A stretch of 46,445 bases of DNA from Pristiophorus japonicus (lineage: Eukaryota). This document shows positions 32,492-45,092 of the stretch, one piece after another. Under the pieces are notes generated by a model. It did no database searches. It worked only from the letters and a program-made list of their open reading frames with translations, and was not told the origin of the DNA. Numbering within the stretch: position 1 is the first letter of the stretch; each line of letters begins with the position of its first letter. The DNA lies in contig NC_092008.1 of NCBI RefSeq assembly GCF_044704955.1, forward strand, positions 761,556-808,000, in the 5' to 3' direction. A program made the position numbers and the translations under genes.

Positions 32492-33530
32492 TCATCGTAG
32501 GCAGTCCCTCGCAATCGAGGAAGACTTGCCTCCACTCTAACAATGAGTCCTCAGGTGGCTGAACAGCCCAATATGGGAGCCACAGTCCCTGTCACAGGTG
32601 GGACAGACAGTGGTTGAGGGAAGGGGAGGGTGGGACTGGTTTGCCGCACGCTCCTTCCGCTGCCTGCGCTTGGTTTCTGCACGCTCTCGGCGACGAGACT
32701 CGAGGTGCTCAGCGCCCTCCCGGATGCACTCCCTCCACTCAGGGCGGACTGGTCTTTGGGCCCAGGGACTCCCAGGTGTCGGTGGGGGATGTTGCACTTT
32801 ATCAGGGAGGCTTTGAGGGTGGTCCCTGTAACGTTTCCTCTGCCCACCTTTGGCCCACTTGCCGTGAAGGAGTTCCGAGTGGAGCGCTTGCTTTGGGGAG
32901 TCTCGTGTCGGGGGGGCCATGCGGACAATGTGGCCCTGCCCAGCGGAGCTGGTCGAGTGTGGTCAGTGCTTCGATGCTGGGGATGTTGGGCCTGGTCGAG
33001 GACGCTAACGTTGGTGCGTCTGTCCTCCCGGGGGATTTGCAGGATCTTGCGGAGACAGCGTTGGTGGTATTTCTCCCGCGACTTGAGGTGTCTACTGTAC
33101 ATGGTCCGTGTCTCTGAGCCATACAGGAGGGCGGGTATCACTACAGCCCTGTAGACCATGAGCTGGGGGTGAGGTACCTACTGTACATGGTCCATGTCTC
33201 TGAGACACACAGGAGGGCGGGTATCACTACAGCCCTGTAGACCATGAGCTGGGGGTGAGGTACCTACTGTACATGGTCCATGTCTCTGAGCCATACAGGA
33301 GGGCGGGTATCACTACAGCCCTGCAGACCATGAGCTAGGTGGTGGATTTGAGGGCCTGGTCTTCAAACACTCTTTTCCTCAGGCGGCCGAAGGCTGCACT
33401 GGCGCACTGGAGGCGGTGTTGGATCTCGTCATCAATGTCTGCTCTTGTTGATGAGAGGCTCCCGAGGTATGGGAAATGGTCCACGTTGTCCAGGGCCGTG
33501 CCGTGGACCCCGATGTGACTGGGGGGGCAG
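32492..33530 (-). mobile_element. RTE-clade LINE 3' fragment with an internal triplicated segment (~33090-33340)
   Basis: MVYRAVVIPALLYGSET.TMYSRHLK..EKYHQRCLRKILQI..EDRRTN; C-terminal CPTCDRDCGSHIGLFSHLRTH zinc finger. Confidence 0.9.
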
Positions 33531-33589
33531 TGCTGTGCGGTGAGGGCAGGCTGGTGGAGGATCGACTGCTCTGTGGGGAGGGTGTGGAG

Positions 33590-34100
33590 GCCTTGGAGAG
33601 GGTGGAGGGGAGATTGTCCAGACTGGTCCCGGGGGGATGAGGGGGTTCAGTGACGGGGGGAGACTGGAGGAGCCGGGGTTGTTCTCCTCGGAGCAGAGAA
33701 GGTTGAGGGGAGATTGAATCGAGGGGTTCGAACTGATGAAGAGTTTTGATCGAGTGGATCGGGAGAACCTGTTCCCCGGGAGCAGGAGGGTCGGGTAACC
33801 AGAGGGACACAGATTGACGATAATCGGCGATGGAACCAGAGGGGGAGATGGGGAGAATGTGTTTACGCAGCGAGTTGTTGTGATCGGGAACGCGCTGCCT
33901 GAAAGCTCGGTGGGAGCAGATCCAATAGTAACTTTCAAACCGGGGGAATTGGATAAATACCTGAAGGGGGAAAATGTGCCGGGGCTGTGGGGAAAGGGCA
34001 GGGGGGAGTGTGGGACTGATTGGGTCGCTCTGTCACAGAGCCGGCACAGCACGGGCTCCATGGGCCCAATGGCCTCCTTCCTGTGCCGTCTGATTCTGTG
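33590..34100 (+). mobile_element. Old CR1 LINE 3' fragment
   Basis: Degenerate LERV..RL.RL.PG and NVFTQRVVVIGNALP motifs. Confidence 0.75.
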
Positions 34101-34524
34101 ACCCTGGAGCACAAGCTGATAACACCTGAAGATAAGTCACTAAATATATTTACCCACAACTATTGGCAGCTGTTTCGGAAGTGTTGACATCAGTACGCAC
34201 AGGGGGCCGTCAATGATTCATTGGCCGATGAACCAGTGACATTGGTGCTGTCGCTGCTGGAAGTCTCGTTTAACGTCACTCCCCGAGCTGCCAGCGGACA
34301 GGAACGGTTGTTTGTTGTGTCTGTGCTAAGGTGTGTGTGTCGATCCGCTCTCCCACTGGGCGACCCGGGGATGGGCCACTGGGCCGTCAGCGCGGAAACT
34401 GGAGCGCTCCCGCAACACCAGGAATTCACCGGGGACTGGAAGGCGAGAGGAAGGTGGGAGTGGGTAGAGGAGGAGAGAGAGGGACAGAGGGGAGAGGGAG
34501 GGCAGAGAGAGAGAGATGGAGATA

Positions 34525-35150
34525 ACATAAGAACATAACAAACAGGAGCAGGAGTCGGCCATTCGGCCCCTCGAGCCCGCTCCGCCATCCAATCAGATCG
34601 CGGCTGATCCGATCTTGGGCTCAGCTCCACTTCCCCGCCCGCCCCTTCACTCCCTTATCGCTCAAAAATCTGTCCATCTCCGCCTTAAATATATTCAATG
34701 ACCCAGCCCCCCACAGCTCTCTGGGGCAGAGAATTCCACAGATTCACCAGAAGAAATTCCTCCTCATCTCCGTCCTAAATGGGCGGCCCCCTTATTCTGA
34801 GACTATGTGCCCCCTAGTTCTAGATTCCCCCACGAGGGGGAAACATCCTCTCTGCATCCACCCTGTCCAGCCCCCCTCAGAATCTGATACGTTTCAATAA
34901 GATCACCTCTCATTCTTCTAAACTCCAATGGGTACAGGCCCAACCTCCTCAACCTTTCCTCATAAGGCAACCCCCTCATCCCCGAAATGAACCGAGTGAA
35001 CCTTCTCTGAACTGCCTCCAATGCAAGTATATCCCTCCTTAAATACGGAGACCAGAACTGCACGCAGTACTCCAGGTGTGGCCTCACCAATACCCTGTAC
35101 AGTTGCAGCAGGACTTCTCTGCTTTTATACTCCATCCCCCTTGCAATAAA
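34525..35150 (-). mobile_element. CR1 LINE 3' fragment
   Basis: FIARGMEYKSREVLLQLYRVLVRPHLEYCVQFWSP; very similar to 20290-20910. Confidence 0.88.
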
Positions 35151-35371
35151 GACAGAGACAGAAATAGACACAGAGAAACAGAGACAGACAGGGGAAGGGA
35201 AAGAAAGAGGCAGAGACACAGAGAGAGACACAGACAGAGAGAGAGAGACACAGACAGAGAGAGAGAGACACAGACAGAGAGAGACACACACAAACAGAGC
35301 AGAGAGAGAGACAGTGAGACAGAGACAGAGACCGACAAAAATCACAAAGTCCAAACTCTGTGCATTGAACA

Positions 35372-35377
35372 TTTATT
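35372..35377 (-). terminator. Putative polyadenylation signal of the KLF15-like gene
   Basis: AATAAA on the minus strand followed by GT/T-rich sequence, 2.1 kb past the stop codon. Confidence 0.55.
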
Positions 35378-35844
35378 AAAACAATTCCTTTCACAAAAAA
35401 TACAGCAATCAGATAGCTTCACAACTCAGTCAGGAAACACCACGTGAATAAAGCACATAGAAACATAGAAAATAGGTGCCGGAGCAGGCCATTCAGCCCT
35501 TCTAGCCTGCACCGCCATTCAATGAGTTCATGGCTGAACAGTACGGTCCCAGCTAATGAAGATGTGCAGACCCCTCACAAGTGGTCACACGCTGACAGCC
35601 CTCGGGTACAGAGAGTGCACGGTCAAATATTAACTTCCAGCACAATTCCCGTCTCTCCTGTCACTCATTGTTGCTGCCTCTCCGACTTCACTGATCCCGA
35701 CAGATTTATCGTATCCACAGAGCCAGCGACCCTTTCAGTGCCCGCACAGACCAACCCGCCCCCGACCCCTCGGGACAGGGGCTATGGGACCCTCAGTCTA
35801 TAGGGCAACGGGACAAACCAGTCCATGAGAGACCCCCTCAATCG

Positions 35845-36790
35845 ATTTATTTTCTTAGTTCCTGGGATGTGGGCGTCGCTGGCCAAGGCCGGCATTTCTT
35901 GCCCATCCCTATTCGCCCCGTGAGAAGGTGGGGGTGAGCCCCCTTCTTGAACCGCTGCAGTCCGTGTGGTGAAGGTGCTCCCACAGTGCTGTCAGGGAGG
36001 GAGTTCCAGGATTGTGACCCAGCGACGATGAAGGAACAGCCGATATATTTCCAAGTCGAGGGATGGTGTGTGACTGGGAGGGGAACGTGGAGGGGGTGGT
36101 GTTCCCATGGACCTGCTGCCCTTGACCTTCTAGGTGGGTAGAGGTCGCGGGTTTGGGAGGTGCTGCCGAAGAAGCCTTGGCGAGTTGCCGCGGTGCATCT
36201 TGTGGACGGTGCACACTGCAGCCACGGTGCGCCGGTGGTGGAGGGAGTGAGTGTTGGAGGTGGTGGAGGGAGTGAGTGTTGGAGGTGGTGGAGGGAGTGA
36301 GTGTTGGAGGTGGTGGAGGGAGTGAGTGTTGGAGGTGGTGGAGGGAGTGAGTGTTGAAGGTGGTGGAGGGAGTGAGTGTTGGAGGCGGTGGAGGGAGTGA
36401 GTGTTGGAGGCGGTGGAGGGAGTGAGTGTTGAAGGTGGTGGAGGGAGTGAGTGTTGGAGGCGGTGGAGGGAGTGAGTGTTGGAGGTGGTGGAGGGAGTGA
36501 GTGTTGGAGGTGGTGGAGGGAGTGAGTGTTGGAGGTGGTGGAGGGAGTGAGTGTTGGAGGCGGTGGAGGGAGTGAGTGTTGGAGGCGGTGGAGGGAGTGA
36601 GTGTTGGAGGTGGTGGAGGGAGTGAGTGTTGGAGGTGGTGGAGGGAGTGAGTGTTGGAGGTGGTGGGGAGCGTGACCCATCGAGCGGGGCTGCTTTGTCC
36701 TGGATGGTGTCGAGCTTCTCGAGTGTTGTTGGAACTGCAACTCATCCAGGCAAGTGGGGAGTGTTCCCTCACACTCCTGACTTGTGTCTT
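35845..36790 (-). mobile_element. LINE 3' fragment (CR1/L2 group) with a 25-bp tandem expansion at 36233-36666
   Basis: SQSWNSLP motif; tandem GAGGGAGTGAGTGTTGGAGGTGGTG; same family as 5320-5825. Confidence 0.75.
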
Positions 36791-36883
36791 GGCGATAGGG
36801 TAACAGAGGCTGTGGGAACCCCAGCCTGTGGGGAAATTGGAGAGACGATCGACTGGACATGACGAGGGTTGACCTGTGCGAGA

Positions 36884-37276
36884 TCATCATCATCGGCTAT
36901 CCCTGGGAATCGAGGAAGACTCGCTTCCACTCTAACAATGAATCCTGCGGTGACTGAACAGCCCAATACGGGAGCCACAGTCCCTGTCACAGGTGGGACA
37001 GACAGTGGTTGAGGGAAGGGGAGGGTGGGACTGGTTTGCCGTACGCTCCTTCCGCTGCCTGCGCTTGCTTTCTGCACGCTCTCGGCGACGAGACTCGAGG
37101 TGCTCAGCGCCCTCCCGGATGCACTTCCCCCACTTAGGGCGGGACTGGTCTTTGGGCCCAGGGACTCCCAGGTGTCGGTGGGGATGTTGCACTTTATCAG
37201 GGAGGCTTTGAGGGTGGTCCCTTGTAACGTTCCCTCTGCCCACCTTTGGCTCGTTTGCCGTGAAGGAGTTCCGAGT
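36884..37276 (-). mobile_element. RTE LINE 3' fragment in the KLF15-like 3' region
   Basis: CPTCDRDCGSRIGLFSH motif and (GAT)n tail. Confidence 0.88.
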
Positions 37277-37513
37277 AATGAACGCAGTCGGTCTGTGCTG
37301 ATTATTAAGGCGACCCGTCTATTGGTATGGGATGGCGGGAGGGGGGGGGGTCTTCTTTCTCGGAGAGGTGCCCCTGTAAACTGCCAGGCAGCACGACAAT
37401 CCCAAAGTCTGTATCCGACGTCCTGTGTTCAGGACGGTACGCTTCCGTCTCGGAGAGCAGGCGCCGTCTCCTCCTTCGTCTAGACGCGAGGGGCGGCAGC
37501 GAGGGGCTTCGGG

Positions 37514-37729
<216 letters not shown>

Positions 37730-37804
37730 TCAGAGCGGGCGAGCGATCGGAAACTAACACCCCCCCCCACCCCCACATTCTACCCCCTCGAGCCCCACGG
37801 ACAC

Positions 37805-39056
37805 CGGACGCTGAATTTGCTGGAGTTCTTCGAGGATGTAACGAACAAGGTGGATAAAGGGGAACCAGTGGATGTGGTGTATTTGGATTTCCAGAAGGCA
37901 TTTGATAAGGTGCCACGTGAAAGGTTACTGCACAAGATAAATGTTCACGGGGTTGTGCGGTAATATATCAGCATGGATAGAGGATTGACTAACTAACAAA
38001 AAATCGTGAGTCGGGATAAATGGGTCATTCTCGGGTTGGCAATCAGTACCTAGTGGGGTGCCGCAGGGATCAGTGCTGGGTCCCCAACTATTTACAATCT
38101 ATATTAACGACTTGGAAGAAGGGACTAAGTGTAACGTAGACAAGTTTGCTGATGATACAAAGATGGGAGGAAAAGCAATGTGTGAGGAGGACGCAAAAAA
38201 TCTGCAAAAGGACATAGACAGGCTAAGTGAGTGGGAAAAAATTAAGCAGATGGAGTATAATGTGGGAAAATGTGAGGTTATCCACTCTGGCAGAAAAAAA
38301 TAAAAAACTAATTATTATTTAAATGGAGAAAGATTGCAAAGTGCCGCAGTACAGCGGGACCTGGGGGTACTTGTGCATGAAACACAAAAGGTTAGTATGC
38401 AGGTACAGCAAGTGATCAGGAAGGGCCAATGGTATCTTGGCCTTTATTGCAAAGGGGATGGAGTATAAAAGCAGGGAAGTCTTGCTCCAGTTATACAGGG
38501 TATTGGTGAGGCCACACCTGGAGTACTGCGTGCAGTTCTGGTCTCTGTATTTACGAAAGAATATACTTGCTTTGGAGGCAGTTCAGGGAAGGTTCACTCG
38601 GTTGATCCCGGGGATGAGGGGGTTGACTTATGAGGAAAGGTTGAGGAGGTTGGGCCTCTACTCATTGGAATTCAGAAGAATGAGAGGTGATTGTATCGAA
38701 ACGTGTAAGATTATGAGGGGGTTTGACAAGGTGGATGCAGAGAGGATGTTCCCACTGATGGGGGAGACTAGAACTAGGAGGCATGGTCTTAGAATAAGGG
38801 GCCGCCCATTTAAAACTGAGATGAGGAGGAATTTCTTCTCTCAGAGGGTTGTAAATCTGTGGAATTCGCTGCCTCAGAGAGCTGTGGAAGCCGGGACATT
38901 GAATATATTTAAGACAGAGATAGACAGTTTCTTAACCGATAAGGGGGCGGGCAGGGAAGTGGAGCTGAGTCCATGATCGGATCAGCCATGGTCGTATTAA
39001 ATGGCGGAGCAGGCTCGAGGGGCCGAATGGCTGACTCCTGCTCCTATTTCTTTCTT
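37805..39056 (+). mobile_element. CR1 LINE, RT region to 3' end, decayed
   Basis: VDVVYLDFQKAFDKVP, GVPQGSVLGP, KFADDTK, RPHLEYCVQFWS motifs with stops and frameshifts. Confidence 0.95.
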
Positions 39057-39064
39057 ACGTAGAA

Positions 39065-39425
39065 CCGTCCCGCACAGACAGACCTTGGAAGGACGTGATC
39101 GGGGCCCAGGAGAGGCCGAGGGCCCGGGGGGCAGCACGGGCCCAGCCCACACACTGTGCGATATGTTGTGTGCACTGGGTCCGTGCAGCAGAGCTGGTCT
39201 CCAGTCCTCCTGGTTAACCCTTGCCCCTGGACCCAGACCTCGCTCTGTCGAGCCCCGTGTGGTGGCTGGTGTGCAACGGTCACCCCACGTTAAAACAATC
39301 CACCCACAGGAACGTTCCACCCTTCAGGATGTAGTTCGGGATCGGGAATATTAGGTCCTTCATTGAACTCATCTCTTTTGGCGTGGAAACAAGTCATCCT
39401 CGTTTCGAGGGACTGCCTAAGATAA
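39065..39425 (+). mobile_element. Non-autonomous element with an RTE-type tail
   Basis: Longer copy of 5409-5638. Confidence 0.7.
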
Positions 39426-39786
39426 TGGGACCTTGGAGCGCAGGTCCACAGATCCCTGAAGGTAGCAGGCCAGGTGGATAAGGCGGTTAAGAAGGCACAT
39501 GGAATGCTTGCCTTCCAGGCAGTGAGTTCCCCCCCAGACCCCCACCACCCTCTGGGTGAAGACATTTCCCCTCAAATCCCCTCTAAACTTCCCCCCAATT
39601 ACTTTCAATCTCTGCCCCCTGGTTGTTGACCCCTCTGCCAAGGGGAACAGGTCCGTCCTATCCACTCTATCCAGGCCCCTCATCATTTTATACACCTCAA
39701 TCTGGTCTCCCCTCAGCCTCCTCTATCCCAAGGAAATAAACCCAGCCTCTCCAATCTTTCCTCGCAGCTAAAATTCCACAGACCTG

Positions 39787-40512
39787 GCAACATCCTGGTA
39801 AATCTCCTCTGTACCCTCTCCAATGCAACATCCTGGTAAATCTCCTCTGTACCCTCTCCAGTGCAACATCCTGGTAAATCTCCTCTGTACCCTCTCCAGT
39901 GCAACATCCTGGTAAATCTCCTCTGTACCCTCTCTAGTGCAACATCCTGGTAAATCTCCTCTGTACCCTCTCTAGTGCAACATCCTGGTAAATCTCCTCT
40001 GTACCCTCTCAAGTGCAACATCCTGGTAAATCTCCTCTGTACCCTCTCCAGTGCAATATCCTGGTAAATCTCCTCTGTACCCTCTCCAGTGCAACATCCT
40101 GGTAAATCTCCTCTGTACCCTCTCTAGTGCAACATCCTGGTAAATCTCCTCTGTACCCTCTCAAGTGCATCATCCTGGTAAATCTCCTCTGTACCCTCTC
40201 CAGTGCAACATCCTGGTAAATCTCCTCTGTACCCTCTCCAGTGCAACATCCTGGTAAATCTCCTCTGTACCCTCTCCAGTGCAACATCCTGGTAAATCTC
40301 CTCTGTACCCTCTCCAGTGCAACATCCTGGTAAATCTCCTCTGTACCCTCTCCAGTGCAACATCCTGATAAATCTCCTCTGCACCCTCTCCAGTGCAACA
40401 TCCTGGTAAATCTCCTCTGCACCCTCTCCAGTGCAACATCCTGGTAAATCTCCTCTGCACCCTCTCCAGTGCAACAACCTGGTAAATCTCCTCTACACCC
40501 TCTCCAGTGCAA
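39787..40512. repeat. 38-bp minisatellite grown from a CR1 ORF2 segment (ALERVQRRFTRML)
   Basis: Tandem GCAACATCCTGGTAAATCTCCTCTGTACCCTCTCCAGT, flanked on both sides by colinear minus-strand CR1 sequence (~39520-41160). Confidence 0.92.
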
Positions 40513-41159
40513 TCACATCCTTCCTGTAATGTGGTGACCAGACCTACACGCAGTACTCCAGCTGTGACCAAACCAGTGTTTTATACAGTTCAAGAACAAC
40601 CTCCCTGCTCTTGTATTCCATGCCTCGACTAATAAAAGCAAACATAGAAAATAGGAGCAGGAGTCGGCCATTCGGCCCCTCGAGCCTGCACCATTCAATA
40701 CGATCATGGCTGATCCTCTATCCCAACACCATATTCCCGCTTTCTTCCCATACCCCTTGATGCCTTTTGTGTCTAGAAATCTATCTGTCTCCCTCTTAAA
40801 TATATTCAATGACGTGGCCTCCACAGCCTTCTGTGGGAGAGAATTCCACAGGTTCACCTCCCTCGGAGTGAAAACATTTCTCCTCATCTCGCTCCTAAAT
40901 TTCCTGCCCCGTATCCTGAGACTGTGTGAGCCCTTGTTTTAGACTTCCCAGCAAGTATTCCGTATGCCTTCTTAACCACCTGATCCACCTGGCCTGCTAC
41001 CTTCAGGGATCTGTGGACCTGCACTCCCAGGTCCCTCTGTTCCTCTACACTTCTCAGTGTCCGACCGTTCAATGTGTATTCCCTTGCCTTGTTAGCCCTC
41101 CCCAAATGCATTACCTCACACTTCACTGGATTAAATTCCATTTGCCTATTTCCCTTAGC

Positions 41160-41706
41160 AGAATCCCCCGGGAGGACAGACGCACCAACGTTAGCATCCT
41201 CGACCAGGCCCAACATCCCCAGCATCGAAGCACTGACCACACTCGACCAGCTCCGCCGGGCAGGGCCACATTGTCCGCATGTCCCCCCAGACACGAGAGT
41301 CCCCAAAGCAAGCGCTCTACTCGGAACTCCTTCACGGGCAAACGGGCCAAAGGTGGGCAGAGGAAACGTTACAAGGGACCACCCTCAAAGCCTCCCTGAT
41401 AAAGTGCAACATCCCCACCGACACCTGGGAGTCCCTGGGCCCAAAGACCAGTCCGCCCTCAGTGGAGGGAGTGCATTCGGGAGGGGTGCTGAGCACCTCG
41501 AGTCTCGTCGCCGAGAGCGTGCAGAAACCAAGCGCAGGCAGAGGAAGGAGCGTGCGGCAAACCAGTCCCACCCTCCCCTTCCCTCAACCACTGTCTGTCC
41601 CACCTGTGACAGGGACTGTGGTTCCCGTATTGGGCTGTTCAACCACCTAAGGACTCACTTTAATAATGGAAGCAAGTCTTCCTCGATTCCGAGGGACTGC
41701 CTCTGA
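41160..41706 (+). mobile_element. RTE LINE 3' fragment
   Basis: EDRRTNVSILDQA, PSIEALTTLDQLR, CPTCDRDCGSRIGLFNHLRTH. Confidence 0.9.
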
Positions 41707-41857
41707 TAAACCACCTGATCCACCTGGCCTGCTACTATCAGGGATCTGTGGACCTGCACTCCCAGGTCCCTCTGTTCCTCTACACTTCTCAGTGTCTGAC
41801 CGTTTAATGCGTATTCCCTCGCCTCGTTAGCCCTCCCTCCTCACAGATAAGGCGGTT

Positions 41858-42220
41858 TATCGTAGGCAGTCCCTCGGAATCGAGGAAGACTTGCTTCCAC
41901 TCTTAACATGAGTCCTCAGGTGGTTGAACAGTCCAATACAGGAACCACAGTCCCTGTCACAGGTGGGACAGACAGTGGTTGAGGGAAGGGGAGGGTGGGA
42001 CTGGTTTGCCGCACGCTCCTTCCGCTGCCTGCGCTTGGTTTCTGCACGCTCTCGGCGACGAGACTCGAGGTGCTCAGCGCCCTCCCGGATGCACTTCCTC
42101 CACTCAGGGCGGACTGGTCTTTGGGCCCAGGGACTCCCAGGTGTCGGTGGGGATGTTGCACTTTATCAGGGAGGCTTTGAGGGTGGGTCCCTTGTAACGT
42201 TTCCTCTGCCCACCTTTGGC
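41858..42220 (-). mobile_element. RTE LINE 3' fragment, inverted relative to 41160-41706
   Basis: Reverse complement of ~41345-41705. Confidence 0.9.
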
Positions 42221-42337
42221 AGGGGGTCAACCACCAGGCGTTTGCCGGTGGGCGGGATATTTGACTGCAGGGGGCGTCACGGCCCAGCCCCCCTCAACAC
42301 CGATCAAACTCTTGCTTTGGGCCAGTGGTCCTCTTAC

Positions 42338-43107
42338 CTCCAGTCACAGCCGAGCCAGGTACACGCGAAGGGCTTCTCCCCGGTGTGTCGCCGCGTGTGG
42401 GCCTTGAGGTGGCTGTTCTTGCTGTACATCTTGGCACAGCCCGGGTACGCGCACTTGTGCACCTTCTGGAGCTCGGGGCGGGCAGCGGCGGCTGGGCACC
42501 CCAGCCTGGGGGCCCGGTGGCAGGCCTGGGCCTGGGCCGAGAGCTTGGCGGCGATGCGGACGAACTGGCGGGGGGGCGGGGCACAGGGCAGGGCCTGGGG
42601 CACCAGGCTGTAGGTCTGACCCTGGATGCTGACCAGCAGCTGGGAGGCCAGCCCCCGGCCTTCCCGCAGCTGCAGGACCAGGGGGGGGGGGCAGCAAGCG
42701 GCCGGGGTCTTCTGCTCCCCGCCGCCCGCCCGCTGCGCCGCCTCCACGGCGGCGCGCCGAGGCTCGAGCTGCTCCGCCGGGCACGGCGAGCTCTCCTCCG
42801 CTCCCAGCTGGGCCTCCGGGCCGGCCCGCCCCCTCAGCGCCAGGCCCGCGTGCTCCAGCAGGAACTCTTCAATCTCGTCCAGGGTGGGCTGGAAGAGGCG
42901 CGAGGGCCCGGGCAGCGAGTCGGGCAGCTGGCGGTCGGAGCCCGGTTGCTCGCACGACGCGGCCTGGGAGAGCAGGTAGTCGATGAAGCCCTCGCCGGGC
43001 CCGGGGCCCTCGCGCAACGGGGAACTCTCGCCGGAGCTGTCGCTGCTGTACTCCCAGAGGGGCTGCTGGACCCGGGCGCACAGGCTGGGGCAGCCGTAAT
43101 AGAACAT
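42338..43107 (-). CDS. KLF15-like main coding exon (acceptor before 43137; first ATG at 43107)
   Basis: KLF15-type motifs [41 protein letters not shown], then [40 protein letters not shown](R)|gtaag. Confidence 0.93.
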
Positions 43108-43251
43108 CGTCACCCAGCGGTAAACTCCAACGCAATCCTGGGCAGGTCAGGGGCAGGGGCTGGGGGGGGGAATGTCGTCTTGTCTCGCAGAGATGGCGAT
43201 CCGCACTCGATTCGAACCTGCCGATCAGACGCACAGAGTTAGATCCGACTG

Positions 43252-44155
43252 ACACTCCCAGGGCAGGTACAGCACGGGGTTAGATACAGAGTAAAGCTCC
43301 CTCTACACTGTCCCATCAAACACTCCCAGGGCAGGTACAGGGGGTTAGATACAGAGTAAAGCTCCCTCTACACTGTCCCATCAAACACTCCCAGGGCAGG
43401 TACAGGGAGTTAGATACAGAGTAAAGCTCCCTCTACACTGTCCCATCAAACACTCCCAGGGCAGGTACAGGGGGTTAGATACAGAGTAAAGCTCCCTCTA
43501 CACTGTCCCATCAAACACTCCCAGGGCAGGTACAGGGGGTTAGATACAGAGTAAAGCTCCCTCTACACTGTCCCATCAAACACTCCCAGGGCAGGTACAG
43601 GGTGTTAGATACAGAGTAAAGCTCCCTCTACACTGTCCCATCAAACACTCCCAGGCCAGGTCCAGGGGGTTAGATACAGAGTAAAGCTCCCTCTACACTG
43701 TCCCATCAAACACTCCCAGGGCAGGTACAGGGGGTTAGATACAGAGTAAAGCTCCCTCTACACTGTCCCATCAAACACTCCCAGGGCAGGTACAGGGGGT
43801 TAGATACAGAGTAATGCTCCCTCTACACTGTCCCATCAAACACTCCCAGGGCAGGTACAGGGGGTTAGATACAGAGTAAAGCTCCCTCTACACTGTCCCA
43901 TCAAACACTCCCAGGGCAGGTACAGGGGGTTAGATACAGAGTAAAGCTCCCTCTACACTGTCCCATCAAACACTCCCAGGGCAGGTACAGGGGGTTAGAT
44001 ACAGAGTAAAGCTCCCTCTACACTGTCCCATCAAACACTCCCAGGGCAGGTACAGGGGGTTAGATACAGAGTAAAGCTCCCTCTACACTGTCCCATCAAA
44101 CACTCCCAGGGCAGGTACAGGGGGTTAGATACAGCGTAAAGCTCCCTCTACACTG
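43252..44155. repeat. 65-bp satellite array (reverse orientation) in KLF15-like intron 1
   Basis: Reverse complement of the unit at 14298 and 21290; about 14 copies. Confidence 0.93.
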
Positions 44156-44262
44156 CTCGTTCTGGCTGAGATCTGCAGCCTTGTCACGATCGGTGGCCTG
44201 ACTACCCCCCGCCCGTCCAGGAGATTTCCTGGTATCCGTTTGACCCGCTGACGGGGGTTTAC

Positions 44263-44610
44263 CTGAGCCGCTGGCCCAGGGCAGGGGTGCGATTCACTGT
44301 TGGCCTTCTCGGTCGGGGGCTGGGCGGGTGATCACCGGGGCACGTGGCCCGGGCTCGGGACAGCACGCGGGGACAGGAGACCTCCGCGGGGCGCTGGAAT
44401 CGACGCCTCGCTTCCTGTGCTCCTCGCGCAGTCTCGGTCGCTCCTCCCGCAGTCTCACTCTCCCTGTACTCTGCGAGTGGAATTCCTGAACCTGTTCACG
44501 TTGCTCCTATTTAAAGAGCCCTCGCCCTGCCTGGGGGGAGGGGTGGGGGCGGCCTGGCTCAGGGCGAGGGCGAGTTCAGGGCCCGACATGCAACCCAGCC
44601 CCTCATTGGG
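44263..44610 (-). promoter_or_regulatory. Putative non-coding exon 1 (~44263-44480) and promoter of the KLF15-like gene
   Basis: CAG|GTAAAC donor at 44263/44262; TTTAAATA TATA-like at 44508-44515; GC box ~44540-44552; CCAAT ~44605-44609; CpG-rich. Confidence 0.6.
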
Positions 44611-44739
44611 CCAGGGCTCAGCAGTCGGCTGGAAAGCATTGCAAGGCCCGGTTAATGTGTAACCACTGCTCCCAGAGTCACTCGGCAAATAACAACAGGG
44701 TTCACGTCTCATCAAACCCACGTACTGTTCATCAGACAT

Positions 44740-45092
44740 CGCCTTTCGTAACCTCGCGACCTCCCGCAGCGCCTCACAGCCAAGGAAGCTCTTTTTTTTG
44801 TTGATGAAAGGCGGCAGCCAATTTGCGCACAGCAAGCTCCCACAAACAGGCAACGTGGTAACGACCCAGATCGTCTGTTTTTTGAGTGACGTTGGTCGAG
44901 GGGTATCTATTGGACACAGAGAGAGAAACAGGGAGCATGTGAGCGAGCAAGAAAATAGTGGGCCCCAGGACACCGGGGAGAACTCCCCCTGCTCTTCTTC
45001 CAATAGTGGCTGTGGGATCTTTTACATCCACCCGAGAGGGCAGACGGGGCCTCGGTTTAATGTCTCATCCCGAAATACAGCCCCTCCGACAG
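44740..45092 (-). mobile_element. Deu-type SINE body
   Basis: Reverse complement of the SINE body at 15490-15800 and 32285-32490. Confidence 0.8.

Noticed and set aside
42325-43242. 305-aa plus-strand ORF
   Set aside because: Antisense shadow of the GC-rich KLF15-like exon
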